64,000 nt of DNA. It comes from Dimorphilus gyrociliatus (lineage: Eukaryota; Animalia; Annelida). The first letter of the stretch is position 1; each line of letters starts with the position of its first letter. This document shows positions 1-13,527 of this stretch, piece after piece. Under the pieces are notes generated by a model. The model saw only the letters and a program-made list of their open reading frames with translations, was not told the DNA's origin and made no database searches. The position numbers and the translations under genes are program-made. Location of the stretch: positions 2,115,404 to 2,179,403 of the forward strand of contig CAJFCJ010000007.1 in the NCBI GenBank assembly GCA_904063045.1, read 5' to 3'.

Positions 1-72
1 ATGGATTTAATGGGAAAATCCTCCCTTGCCGGACCCGGAGGAGTAGTCTCAAATCGTCAAAACGTGTCATGA
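1..72 (+). CDS. probable 3' end of a gene extending left of the window (..MDLMGKSSLAGPGGVVSNRQNVS*)
   Basis: GC-richer open frame 1-72 ends in TGA. It is followed by AT-rich UTR-like sequence with AATAAA near 354. No family recognised. Confidence 0.3.
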   Translation: MDLMGKSSLAGPGGVVSNRQNVS

Positions 73-627
73 AGAACTTTAGATAGCAGAAAAGCTTAAA
101 AGTCAAATGTCAATTGCTTATTGTAAACATTTCACCTTTTTTCCTCTTTTCTGTTTAATCGAAAACAAACTTTATTTTTAATTTTATCAATTAATTAGTT
201 AATTAATTTAGATATACAAGAATGAATATTAATTAGATGATTTATGAATATACATATATTTTGGCAATTTAGAGTAAGATAATGTTTGACTGTTTGAAGT
301 TTATGTAAAATTTCTTCCATTTCTCGGTAAAGCAAGGTAGATGCCGTTACGTTAATAAACTTACAGAGCCATCTATATTAAACGAAGGATGAGGTTAAAA
401 AAGTGAGTGCATCTTTTCATCATCACCGATCGTTAGTGCAAACGAGCATAATTCTCTATTAGTTCCGTCTACCGAAAAAATATGCTCAATTGACGACTTA
501 ACGAGGCGTCTAGGCGTTTCCCTAGTAGACCAAAAAAGAAATCTCCGGCATTTTATTCGTATATAAGCATTTTTTTGGACGGAAAATAGGCCTAGTCGTA
601 GGAGAATAAACGGTCGCCGTTAGGCGA

Positions 628-635
628 TGACGTCA
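628..635. promoter_or_regulatory. palindromic CRE (TGACGTCA) upstream of the calmodulin-like gene
   Basis: Exact CREB/ATF consensus inside a CpG-rich patch (~500-720), about 210 bp before ATG 845. Function is inferred only. Confidence 0.35.
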
Positions 636-844
636 AAGCGTCTCTTTGCTCATTCGCAGTCTGAAAATGCTCTAAGTCTAAATCTCGTTTATGTCATTAA
701 ACGTGCAAAATAATCGGCGTTATATTCTTCAACAACTACTTTTTACTTCGACTCTTTCTACTATTTCTAATTCTTTTGTTACTTTTATTATTACTATTTT
801 TGCTATTAGAATTATTTTGCGAAGATAAGCAGAATCGTGACAGG

Positions 845-3800
845 ATGACGGCGTCTGACATTCAGAATCGAATATTAGAGATCGGAGAACGAATTAGGAA
901 TACTTATAATCACGCGTTTGCAAGATTAAAATTGGCCTTCAAAAGTGACCAGTTTAATAACGATTATTCTACTATAAAAGTCCTACCTGGATTTTTGCAT
1001 GGATTATACCCGTTTTTAAGCTTGGGATGTAATACTAATAGTCTCATTGCTATCAGTTCAGCAATGACGAATCCTTCCACATCACTGACCTTTGCTAGTT
1101 TGTTTGACGAAGAAACCGCCCAGAAGATTCATGGTAAGAACAGTTTTCATTCTTCGCAAGCAAGTCTTTTTTCCGTTTCAGTAGCTTTTCTTTTTTTGTT
1201 GTGCAAGTTTATCTTCTGTCTTACTAACTATTAGCAAACTTAATCACAAATCTTTTAAACAATTGATATACTTAAATCTCTTTTCATATTATTTTTGTTT
1301 CTTTTAACGGAAAGAGTTTATCATAAATGTCTGTCTAGTGAAAGCCAAAAATGAGCGTATTTTACTTAAGCGCCGAAGTTTGTCACGTTGAAAGCTATTA
1401 CTTCATTTAGTTGGCTTCAGAAATCCGAGAAATGAGTGGATGCTCCAGGCATGCACGACAGTGTTCCAGCTTTACTTTTTCGCCAAACTGGCGTGTTTTC
1501 TTTTCCCTCTCTCTCTCTCTCACCCTCTCTCTTCGTTTATTATGAACAGGGATACAATTAGATATAAAACAAAGCCACAAAGCTATTGAAAATATAAGCA
1601 AAAAGTATACAACGGTTATAAACATGTATGAAAGCGATACTAGGCGAGAGCAGAAACTGCTTCTATCAGCACGAAACGTGTTTCATTTCATTTTAAGTAA
1701 ACAATATAATTAAACTTGAACTTTACAATGTCTAATAGATATTTTAACGCTATTAGTCATTGTCATTTTCTGTTCAAGTCTTATTCAACTTATACCACAC
1801 TTGAATTAGAACGACTTTTCCAAATCAATTAGGCTAATTTGTTTTCACTTTTCCTTATAGAAAAGCTTTGCAGAAGTCGAGGGAAAAGCAATAATTTCTT
1901 TCTTGTCCCGAAGGGGAATCGCTTAATTCAGAATATATGTACAATTTGCAGAAAAAAAAAGAAGAAAGAGACTTAAATTTGACTACGTTATCTCTGTCTC
2001 TCCATCTCTCTGTCTCTTACTCCTTAGTAGTAGCAATTAACGTAGTCTTTACACATTTCAATTGCAATCACAAGTTTTAATATATTTTAATATAAAGAAA
2101 ATCATGAAAATCCAAAAAAAAAAAAATAGAAAAATAAACAAACCCTCGATTCTCTTTCGAATTAGGAAAAAGGCAGGAATTATACATTCTATAGAAAACT
2201 ATAACAAAGCGTATTGATTGACTAGAATGATATCAGGCAACGGACCATTTGGTTTTTTTCTTTTTTTTTTTGAAGGTATTGAAAATTTTAAACTTAAAGG
2301 AAAAAAAGGAACAAAAAAAAACAGATAGGAAAGAGAAAGGATGAAAAAAAGAAAAAAGAGTGAGAAAGAGAAAGAGAAGGATGAGAAAAATAAGAGAGAC
2401 AGTGGAAAAAGTATCTCTCGGAACTTTCCAATTGGAAGTCTTTAGCACAAAAAAAAAACAAAGATTGAATGTTTTTCCTTTTTTTTTTATATATTTTCCC
2501 TTTTTTCGTAATTTCTCACTATCAATACAACAATTTATAGAGTAAGAGATAAATAAGTGAATGTTTAGAGTGAGCATATCTTTTTACATAGAGTTTATGT
2601 ACTGTATGCTGTATTGAGATTGGAACTACTGTATATGTGTAATAGAACAAGTGCATTCTGTTTCTAGTACAGTTTTTGTTCTAAAAGAAATATCGGTAAA
2701 AGTAAAAAAAAAGGAAATTACTTTATTCTAATTAGTTATTGAATACACTCTTTATTCTTCTTAATGGGGAATATTTTAAATAATATTTATCAACCTCCAA
2801 GCCTACAATCCAAGGAAAAGACCCGCATTGAATAAATTGAAATAATTATCAAGGTGACATCGTTTTATATTCCTCTTAATAATAGATGTCAGAATCATAG
2901 TATATTTTGACACAATTTTCCTCTTTCGCTCATATTATGCTGCTCTTCCTTTTCCTTTATCATAAATTCAGAAAGGATAAGGATAATAGAAAAAATAAGG
3001 AATTTTTTATCATTACACTTTGCTTAATATACTTGTGTACTCAATTATTACATCTTCTCAATCAGGTGCATTTATAAAAATACTTTTCTTTGTAATTTTT
3101 TTTATTATTAAAAATGTCTATATTAAAAATATACATTGTATTAAAATTCTATATGTATATACTATATATATATATATATATTAGATATATTGAATTATTA
3201 CTATTCGTTCTTTTATTAGAATATTCAAATGAGATCCTTAAGAATTTGTATAAATTTGTTTACAATAAATCCTTATGATAATATTCTATAATTTAGAAAA
3301 TTATCTTATTACAAACTTTTCTCTTTCAAAGATATACTAAAATCATCTTTCGTGTATATGTTTCTTTTTTTATAAATAATACGCCAACAATCGTGCTTTA
3401 GAACAAACTATTCGTGATGTATGACTTTAATAGCTTGATCATGACCTCTGATTGAAGTTGTGTTTGTGAATAGATAAATATATGTACTTTTGTCACGCGC
3501 TATTTTATCATTTTTTCCGGTATTAAAGGATAAATAGCCAGTATGCGTTTGTGAAAAGTCCTCCCACTTTTTCCCCTTTGCTTATCCTGATTGACTGGAA
3601 AGGAAAGAGGCAGAGAAAAAGTATTCACGGATTCTAGTCAGCGTCAAATAGCAATTTATTGTTCTTGATCAGACGGTAATTTTACTACTGGCCCTAGTTT
3701 TTTACTGACTGCGAAATGAGAAAGTCTATTCGATAAAAGTAGAAAGGGCTCTTATTAAACTAGTTTTCATTCCACATCAGGAATTTCCTTGAAGAAGCGT

Positions 3801-5446
3801 TAACGAGAGAGAGAGAGAGAGAGAAGCATAGGGAGTGGGCAAGATTTTTAGATGATGCATGAGAAAGCTTCTCCTCCTACTATCCAATTTTTCTTTCACT
3901 AGTAATTCTCAAATCGTATTTCCATCTGAATTTTGCATTTATGTTGCTTCTCTAAGCCTTAAGTAAACGTCTCACTATATCACAAAAGAATTTAGCATGA
4001 TGTTAAGCTAAAATCCTGTAAACACGCATGATAATATATCATGTGTATTAAATATCGATTTCTATTGGATTACATAGATGCATATTTAAGTTGAAAGTCC
4101 CCGATGCAGTATTAAGCAGCAAAGAGGGCGATTTCGTCAATTCTCTTTAAATAATTCAAAGTAAAAGGAGAATAGTTGCGCAAGTATTAAAAAAAAAAAG
4201 ATAAGGAAAGAATGATAAATAAAGCCAATTTATCCTTATACGAGTTCTAATGGTACTATACCATAGCCCCTCTTATAATACATGATGAACTTTAACCTTG
4301 ATTAAGTTCTAGCCTCCTTACTTATGCATAATCATGATAAAATCTCTATACTCTATACGTAAATTTAGTAAAATATACACAAAATAATCTTTTACATCAG
4401 ATTCTCATTTAATTAACTTTGATTTCTCAAAAGATTTATCAGAAACACTTTGACTGATCTATTTTTAAATGAAATATATTGCAAATTACTCATAAACTTT
4501 ACCTGGTCGTTTGACATTTTGCATATGACCATCAAGTTTTTCTTATTTCCTATAGACAAAACATAAAAATGCGGATATTAAGAATATGGTAAACCTAATC
4601 TTGATAATAGGCAATATTAGGTTTGTAAATAATGACGCTTCTGTGTGTAGAAAGTTCCGAGGATTGTTTGTCTTATAGTTTGTCTCCTTTGTATTTAAAA
4701 TACATATGATGTAAGAAAGAAACGTTGAACGTGAACTTTTAGATATCTCCGGGGGTTAATTTTTGCTTTTTATATAGGCAAGGTTGTAATGTCAAATGTT
4801 ACTGGTTTAGTTCTTTCTTGTCCTTTCATGTGTTTTTTTGCATGCTAAAGTCCATATTGGTCTAAGTTAATTTGCACTAACGGAAAATAAGTCGTGAATA
4901 AACAAGTTCTAACCGCGAAATTTTAATGGTAACAAGCTTTAAGACACATTAAAATCTTTATAGCGCTTTATTATCCAAGTCTATCTGTTAATTTCCCAAT
5001 AAATCTTCCTTATGGTGTTTCTTATTTTGACAGGCTTCAAAGAGGCATTTAGTCTATACGATAAAGACGGTGATGGTGCGATAAGTTCAAAAGAATTGGT
5101 GACTGTTATGCGAAGTTTAGGTTTAAATCCAACAGAGAATGATATACTTGAGATTATTGCCGAATTCGATTTAGACGGAAGTGGGCAGATAGAATTACCT
5201 GAATTTATCAATATGATGCTGAAATATACTCAAATGGACGATGAAAATGAAATACGCGAAATATTTAGGGTGTTCGATCGAAATGGCGACGGCTATATTT
5301 CCGCTGAAGAATTACGACATACAGTTATTAATATGGGTTCAAACATGACAGAGTCTGAGGTAGAAGAAATGTTTGAAACGGCAGATATAAATGGTGACGG
5401 ACGGATTAGCTTTAGTGAATTCGTCAGGATGCTACTCTCATCTTAA
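845..5446 (+). CDS. calmodulin-like protein (4 EF-hands) with ~96-aa N-terminal extension, 233 aa
   Basis: Exons 845-1133 and 5034-5446. A phase-1 intron (G|gtaag ... ttgacag|GC) joins [19 protein letters not shown] in frame. The loops [36 protein letters not shown] and [12 protein letters not shown] are all canonical. Confidence 0.85.
3805..3824. repeat. (GA)n microsatellite
   Basis: Direct reading of the sequence. Confidence 0.9.
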
Positions 5447-7795
5447 AGCACGACAGAACTTTTAAAAGTGATTTTAAAAGGAGACAAAAATGGCAAGCAG
5501 TCGGCTTGAGGCGCCTCATTATAGGGACAAAGACTTTGTAGAAAGTTTTCTCTTCAAATCTTCATACCTTAAATCTCATGCTGGTTTTATGTTAACTTTA
5601 AAGAAACGAAGATCGCCCAAAGGTCGTTGACGCTTTTGCCAAAGGATGGTTGCTATTCCTTTCATTTCTTTATACATACATATATCTCTTTTATTTGTTT
5701 ACGCCTACCTCTGTTTTATATTTAAAGTTTTATTTCCATCAAATTTCTACATAATTGTTTATCTTATGTCTGTCTTTTTCTATCTCCTCTTCCCTGTTGG
5801 CAAAATATTTATAAATTTTGTTGATAAATCTATGCAGACAGTTGTAATAGAAATGAAAAAACAAACAAACAAACAAACAAACAAAACAAACATACAAATA
5901 ACAAGCGGTTTTCCTATAAAAGTCTTTAGTCAAAGGCATAGTATAGGATGTGGAAGTTGTAGGATATTGCGATTCACTCAACCAAAACTCAATTTAACTT
6001 TCCTTTCTGGTTATTCAATTAATTGCATTTGTTCCAATCAAAGTGGTGTTTATAATATTGACGATAAAAAATTCATTTCAATTTATTCTTCCTTCCTGTC
6101 TTTTTTTTTATTTTTTTACAGTTTCATTCACCACAATGTCTCTTTTATTTTCATTGAGATATTTAACGGTTTGCATTCAAAAAGGCAATTACTCAATCTA
6201 TTATATTTAATTATGTTACTGGAATAATAATCCATATTTGTAATACATTATAATAATACATAGATCGACACTATAAAATTTTATTAAGGCTTCTTTTTTG
6301 TTTTTTATTTGCTAACCACCTGACATACTATATCCGTCTATTCTCCACCTACCAGCCTTACTAGCGTCACCATCAATTAAGCGTTTCTTTTTATCTATCA
6401 TATGTACTTAATGTAAACGCTGTTTTCTTTGATACTGATAATACAGAATTATTCGGTAAATGAACCTCCTGCGTGACGTCTTCCAATATACAAAGGGATG
6501 TTTGTCCAACAAAAAGTTAATTAACATTTTGTTAAATAAGAGAAAAGATGGATTTTATCCTTTTAAAAGGTTAATAAATTCTGTTTCGGATTTTCTAAAC
6601 CTATCAAATTTTTTCTTGGAATGTATTTTCCAACTTTTCATTGTCATCATCAAAGAGCAAAAGTAATCTTAATTCCGAAAGGAGGAAGGGAAGAAGGAAG
6701 GGGGATTCGAGGGAAAAAGAAAAGTAATGCTAAGAAGACTAGTTAGTGGAGATATGATAGAGGGAGGATGAGGAGAATGAGGAGAAGGAGAAGGAGATAA
6801 AGAGAAAAAAAAAGAGAGAGAGAGAGTTAAAAAGAAAGAATTTCATCTATCTTATATACCTTTATCGTTTTACAACGGAAAATAATACCACTTTCTTTTT
6901 TCCCTTTTTATTATAATTGCATTATTAATTAATTTTTTTCCTTAAAGAAATTTAGTTATTATAAAATAAAATAAAAAAAAAAAACTATGTACTTAAGAGA
7001 ATCCAATACCTTTGATCTTCCTCTAAAAATAGCTTTATGACTCTTCTCACATTGAACAAAATTTGGACAGTAATTTAAGCTGTATTTGTACTTTTATATA
7101 GATATATATATATATTAATTTATGAATTATTAATAATTCTTTAGTGCAAAGTAGATGTTTTTTTTTAAAAAAAAAAAAATAAATAAGTTTCGTTCCTTTT
7201 TTTTATTTACTTGCCTATTGATTCTATGACTAAGAAGAAGTTATTCGTTTTATGCATTATCTGTCTAATGTACAAGTAAGTTATATTGATTTCAATACGG
7301 TGAATGTCACTCAAAAGGAATCAATATAACATCTAAGGGCAAACACCTGCGCTTCTGCATAAAGCGATGGTTGTTTATTTATTATTTATAAGTTGTCTGA
7401 TTAAGTTTGCCTAGAAACGTTTGTAATTTCAGTGAGTTATATTGTCAGGTTAGGATCTAACTACGATATGAGATTTTTTGTTAGAGGATTTAAATTCTAT
7501 TGTATGATGACGCTTTTAAAGTCACGTTCCGTCGTGCCATTTAGGAAAGTGGACATGTAAACTTCTTTGCTAAGTGCGTGAAATCTCGCTGTGAAATATT
7601 TTTTTCCGTCCCTTGATACGATATCTTAAATTATTCTACGAACGCAGTGCTTTCATTTATCCTAGAAACCAGACAACTTCAATGACACATCAAACTAATC
7701 GAATAAAAACGTTAATAATCAAAACAGAAAATTACATTATCAGTATTTTATTGAGTAAGAAGATATGATATGTCTTGGAATTAGAACTAGTACTT

Positions 7796-7801
7796 TCTCT
7801 C

Positions 7802-7842
<41 letters not shown>
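7796..7842. repeat. (CT)n/(CTGT)n microsatellite
   Basis: Direct reading of the sequence. Confidence 0.9.
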
Positions 7843-8913
7843 TGTATAAATACAGCATACAGTCTTTTAATATCGAGATCTATTGAGCTGCTTTAGAAGG
7901 AGCTAAAAACGAAATATTAAAATCATCTATTAATACATTTTCCAAACCAAGACGTCAATAACAATCTACTTTTTTGGCTAATGAATTAGATTTTCAAAGA
8001 GAGCCAGAGAGCAACTGAAAATAGTGACAGAGAGAAACGTATCTGAGAGGTTGTTTACTTTCACTTTATATCTTTGATATAGATGTTTAGCAACGCTTAA
8101 TAGAGTTACAAGAACGATTGCTGTTTTCATTATATAAAAGGATGTAGCTTAAGTAAAAAGATAAGTTTTGTCTTACAAACGACCTTGAAGTTCGTTTGCA
8201 CCGCAAAGACTTTACAACATACCTATTTCTTCGTAAAAGTGGCTAGGTGACACCTATCGGATAAACAGGATGGAATTTTCTGAATTATTTATCTATCTAT
8301 TACTCCTATTATTACATGACTATACTTATATTTGAATATTTTTTCAACAAAGATAGAGGATAAATAGTTTCCTCCTATTTGAATTTCTTCATCTCACATA
8401 GTTAATAATTTCATTCCTAAGCTTTCTTAATTTCAATGATGACGTCATTAAGAACAAAAAAAAAACACTTATATTGTGATATCATGATTTCATTAACATG
8501 TTAAATATATTGATATTACATAATATAGAAGAAGAAAAAAGATAAGCAAAGCTGCTTTTGTCCATCTCTTACGTCTATTATTTATAGACTTTCTTATATT
8601 CTTTTATACTTGTATAGTTATTATATAATTAATTTTATTTAATGCTTTTATGTCTCTTCTTCAAAAACTAAACGTAACAGAATACAAAAGGATATAATAA
8701 TGTTTTACAATTTAGAAAGAAACTTATTTTATTTGTTGTTCTTTTATGATTAATCTATTTTTTCTTTTACTATTTATACTTCTGTAATAACTCTATATAT
8801 TTCTTTAATCATAGTTTCTGTGTATCTGATTTACTTAGAATATTATTTTAATGATCAAAATCATCAAAGCTTATGTTTCTCTTCATTCAAAACTAGAAAT
8901 GACTTCCCCCTCT

Positions 8914-8923
8914 TAGATGGCGC
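8914..8923 (+). promoter_or_regulatory. CTCF-like motif (TAGATGGCGC)
   Basis: Matches the CTCF core (A/T)GRTGGCGC, about 140 bp upstream of ATG 9061. Confidence 0.35.
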
Positions 8924-9060
8924 CACCGTATAGAAACTCTATATAGAAATATAACTACCTGGTTATTTATAATTTTTGACTACAAATTTTTAGCCTCTTA
9001 TTGCGCAGTATTTGGCAATAGATTAAATAAAATGAGTTGAATCGAATAAAGACAAGAAAT

Positions 9061-10229
9061 ATGGCAACAAAATTGAATGTCATAAGAAAATTACTCTTCT
9101 CGTGTCAGAAGACGTTATTTTCTAAAATCATCAAAAATGCTGGACGACCTCAATTCATTCAAAAATCAAGATTGATAAAGCAGCAAACCCCTCTAACTAA
9201 AAGACCTTGGTTAGAATTTTCGAACCGCCAATCGCAGTTATCAAAACTAACTAAAATTGGCAATGCCCCAGGTTTGTTACTGGGGTTTGGACTCGTCTAC
9301 CTTCAAAACAATGATGTAATATTTATAAAAAATTGTTTCTTTAAGCATTTTAACACTAGTTATCTTTTATATATATATATATATATTTAACAGCTTGAGC
9401 ATGAAAATTTCATTGGTTCTCTTCACAATAAATTTTTCATAAGGGAAGCAGTTGATAATTTTCTAAATCATCAATCCGAAGATGAAGCCGAGCTTTCAGA
9501 ACAATCAATGAGTAGCGTCGAATGCAAAAGTACAACTTCCTTCCAGTCGGAAGGTAATTTGACAGTATTTCTATGAAATTTCATCAATAATACTTTCAAT
9601 AAATTATAGATAACAAAGAGAATAGTGACGAAATGCAGAAATTTTTCAAGGACTCTTCATTCCTGGAAGAAGTAACGAAAGAGAATGTTTCGAAAACAGA
9701 TAATGGTAAATTACTATTACTTTTACTAGTTTTACTTCTCCTTTTATTAATTAAATTGAAAATAATCAAGTGTTTATTTGCGTCAAAAGAGAAACAATCA
9801 GGAAGCGAAAATGACTGGAGTCTCCTCGACGACATAGTTAATAGTTTATGTGAAGAGACTCAATCACTACTTACAGACGTTCGCAGAGATTACGAAGTTG
9901 TTTCTCATGTTTCTTCGGCACAGCAAGAAACTAATAAAAATGATAAAGGAGACAACTCCCTCATCAATTCGAATTTTCGTCAAATTCAATCTTTCAATTT
10001 GAGTAGCGATATGTGCCACGATACTATTTCGTTTAAACCTATGGAAGAAGAATTTTGGTCATTGCTGAATTATTTTCTTGAAAATGATCCTGATTTCATA
10101 CTAAAAGATCAGGGTTTGTAAACATGAACAAGATGTAACTTAATCTAAAATTTAACTGCTTTTTTTTTCCAATATATTTTTATAGTCTTCCTGGAAAAAC
10201 TTCAATCCTACTTTGATATATCAACATAA
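9061..10229 (+). CDS. uncharacterised 292-aa protein with mitochondrial-presequence-like N-terminus and single TM segment (PINK1-N-terminus-like, no kinase)
   Basis: Exons 9061-9315, 9394-9553, 9610-9705, 9790-10113 and 10186-10229, all GT-AG with matching phases. Basic, nearly acid-free N-terminus, then hydrophobic GNAPGLLLGFGLVYL, then an acidic Ser-rich middle. Confidence 0.7.
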
Positions 10230-10497
10230 AAGTCCAACGGAAGGAGAAAGTTGATAATTACTATTGAATATTATGTTTCTAATAAAAACAATAAAGATGC
10301 ATATTATATACATATGCTTTTGAGTATCGTATTAATTATATATACAGAACTGTATATAGTTTATATAGTATGTACACGTATACAGTATATATGATGTAAG
10401 GAATAAACAGAGAACGTTTATATTACAAATGAAACATTTTACCTATAAACTCTTCTTTTACATTAGAATATAAAATGTTTTTAAGAAAATAACAAAT

Positions 10498-11577
10498 CTA
10501 AGACTTGCAATTCTTTTTGTAACAAACTAAGCTACACAGAGATTTTCCCGTTTTGGAACAGGAATATTTTCTTTTGTTCGAACAACCAGGCATATCACAT
10601 AGTCTTTGAATCGGTACTTGCTCGATTTTTTTCTTTGGTAAATAAGGACTTTCCATTGAAGGTGGAAACGTTATACATATAGCTTCTGTGGTATATTTTA
10701 CTTTGACGCTGTCTTTCATATTCTTTTTAGTGTGTTTCGTTCGATTGCTTCTTTTCGTGTCTTGTTTTTTTAAAAGTCTTTCTATCGTATCTTTTTTCTC
10801 TTTTTCTCTCTTTTTCAGAGCTTGTTCTCTCCTTTTTTGAGCTCTTCTCTGTCGCTGTTCAGCAGTCATGTTTTTACCTGTTGACTTAGTTACTATGCTG
10901 GGAACTTCCGGTTCAAAAGCAAAATCATCTTTAGTCAACATAGACCTCTGCCTGGCCGTCATTAATGAGACATCCTTTTCCTTCTTTACTCGCCCAGTAT
11001 CGTCTAGTTCTCCTTTTTCGAGAGCATCTAGCCATTCTTTTTCTTCATCAGACGTTTCGTCTCCAGCCTTCTTTGTTCTAAACGTATCATCTTTTCCCAA
11101 TTTTCTTTTAAGAGACGAACGATTCGATTCGGACGAATTTGAAGCGGCTGCAATAAATGAAAAAGTTTAAAGATAAAGTCAGCAAAATCCTAAAGAGACT
11201 AAACCGAGGCTATTAAACTTTTACATATCGCCTTTAATGAAAAAATAATGTATCAATTTAGCAAATTAGGCCATGTATCTATTTAAAATAGTCATTATTA
11301 TTAAACAGAAAAGATTATTCCGTTATATTTTTTTAATTTTAAAACAATTCTTAGAATAAAACAAATGATCAATTGATAACTGAATAGAAATTATATAATT
11401 TTTTAAACATTTATCCTAATTCTTTAACAAATATGAAAAGGAGGTAAAACCTTTTTCCTTAGAAGATGGTGATTGCTCCAATTTTACCTTTACTTTCAGC
11501 TTCTTCTCTTTTTCCGCCTATTTGACGAATATTTTGTCATAGTTGTTATACAGAGTGTATTAACTTAAACTTACCAT
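10498..11577 (-). CDS. INO80B: INO80 complex subunit B (Ies2/PAPA-1 + zf-HIT), 239 aa
   Basis: Exons 11577-11575 (ATG|gtaagt), 11517-11451 and 11147-10498. Motifs: KKLKVKVKL, EEKEWLDALEKGELD, LMTARQR, KKDTIERLLKKQ, and C-terminal HIT zinc finger CDMPGC..KYSCSKTGKSLCSLVCY. Confidence 0.9.
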
Positions 11578-11892
11578 TTGATTTCAGAGTATTAAATATT
11601 CGATTATTACAACAAAACAAGGATAGGAGCAGACGATTAATTTGGAAATCTACGAAAAATATTACTTGAAATACCAGTTTTGTTTTTCGACATGATTTCT
11701 TTTCCAAATCTCCTTTAGAACTTTAATTTGATTTTTCTGTTTGTAGATCTTATAAATTTGATAAATTTATTATCATTAAATGAGAAAAATAGATAACGAA
11801 AGTTTTGAGCATTATCCATCCTCTCTTGCTTATTAGGAAGATTTTTAGAAAGTTCAAAATTCGTGAGAGCGATAAAAAAGATAATCGGACCT

Positions 11893-13527
11893 ATGGCGTC
11901 TTTTGCAAAAGTGCCGGTAATTGATGTTCATTCAAGTAATATAGAGGAGCTGTATAACTCTATTATTCTTGCTGTAAGATCTGCAAGTTTTGTTGCTATC
12001 GATTTGGAGCTGAGCGGAATAGGTGATAAGAGACGAGTAAATACAAAGTGAGAATATACTGATTATACATTCAATACTAATTATTCTCTTATATTTATCC
12101 TCTCTAGTATAACATTTAAGAGTTTACTTTTGACTATAGCAATCATAAGTTGTATTATTATCAATTTCAGGGATATTGCAGAGAGATATGAAGCAATTAG
12201 CGAAGGAGCCAAAACTCGATCTGTTGTTTCACTTGGAATAAGTTGTTTCTGCAGACTACCGAGCTTTTCAAAGTCGGAAGAAGAAAGCGCATTAAGATTT
12301 GCTATACAAACTTTTAATTTGTTTTTACTTTGCAAAAACAATCACATAATCGAATCTTCGTCTGTAAAATTCTTGGTTCAGCACGGTTTTGATTTCAATA
12401 CTCAATATAAATACGGTCTCCTATATTCGCCAGGCGATGATACGGTAAATATAAGACTACTATTATTTGAATATTATAAGTTTCGTATAATTAAAGAATA
12501 TTTTCTTTAGAATGAAGATATAGAAACAGATCAAAAGTCTTTCCGTAATATTTTAAATGAAATATTACGCTGCAAAGTTCCTATAGTATTTCATAACGCT
12601 CTAATCGACATAGTATTTCTGTATCAAAGCTTTTTATGTGAGCTACCAAAGAACTTTTCTACTTTTATAGCAGATTTGGACTTAGCATTTAAAGGTAGAT
12701 AAGAAATAAATTTTCTGTTAATTAACTATTATAAAGATAATTTTCAGGTGGCTTATATGATACCAAGTACTTGGCAGCTTTCATTGACAGAATGCAAGCC
12801 ACATATTTAGAATATTGCTTTCGCAAATGGTATCTCAACTGTTTATTATTTATTGAGAATAATTTAAACAATAGATATGTTTTTTAGTCAGAGTGAAAAT
12901 GTCAAAAATTGCGATAATCTAAAGAGCCACGTAATACCAACGTTCCCAGCTTATCCTAGTTCAATGTCCTCAATAAGTTTTCTTCACTGTGAATTACCTC
13001 GAAAACCAGTAAATGATACACATTGCGTTTGCAAGCGTTATGCGGTAACAGTTTTTCATTAGTTGAAAGTTTTTCCTAAGTAAACCGACATTTCTTTTTT
13101 TTTTTCACAGTCTTTTGGCTGGTGTTTGGATGCGGAAAATTGTAAGTATTCGCACGATATTGATGAAATATTGGCCGTAGACTTTAAATTTGACAAAGTC
13201 AGAAAGAGAAAACTTCAGGAAAATGAATCAGTAGATGATGATAGATATCAACCTAAGTCAACAAAAGCTAGATCATCTGGCCATAGAGCAGGATTTGACT
13301 CTTATATGACCGGTTTCGTCTTTGGATTTCTTCTAAGTCGGCATGGAACAAGCTGGCGAGAGAACCCAAAGAGTAAAAAAGTAGAAGATATGGGGCTTCT
13401 TGAAGCCAAAAATCAGATTTATTTAGTTGGGAAAGATTTTGGACTGCAGGTTAAAAAGTCAAATTTCGCCAAGGTATCCGAAGCCTGTAGAAAAAAATGT
13501 AAACGGCTATACGGCGAATGCGAATAG
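11893..13527 (+). CDS. TOE1: TOE1 (CAF1-family DEDD deadenylase with CCCH zinc finger), 422 aa
   Basis: Exons 11893-12047, 12171-12444, 12511-12694, 12748-12829, 12888-13044 and 13111-13527. Catalytic motifs AIDLELSG, HNALID and HRAGFDSYMTG. C-x8-C-x5-C-x3-H finger CKRYASFGWCLDAENCKYSH and basic KVRKRK. Confidence 0.92.

Noticed and set aside
1407-1625. 72-aa minus ORF with a signal-peptide-like start
   Set aside because: Hydrophobicity comes from AT-rich intron sequence and RERE from a (GA)n run; no splice support.
2233-2577. Lys-rich/Phe-rich ORFs on both strands
   Set aside because: Translations of A/T/purine tracts inside the calmodulin-like intron.
5646-6227. 193-aa hydrophobic ORF
   Set aside because: Low-complexity AT-rich UTR or intergenic sequence with (AAAC)n; Phe/Ile/Leu bias and no domain.
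11220-11240. Possible 7-nt microexon in the INO80B intron (ag|GCGATAT|gt on -)
   Set aside because: Would frameshift a conserved gene; no other support.
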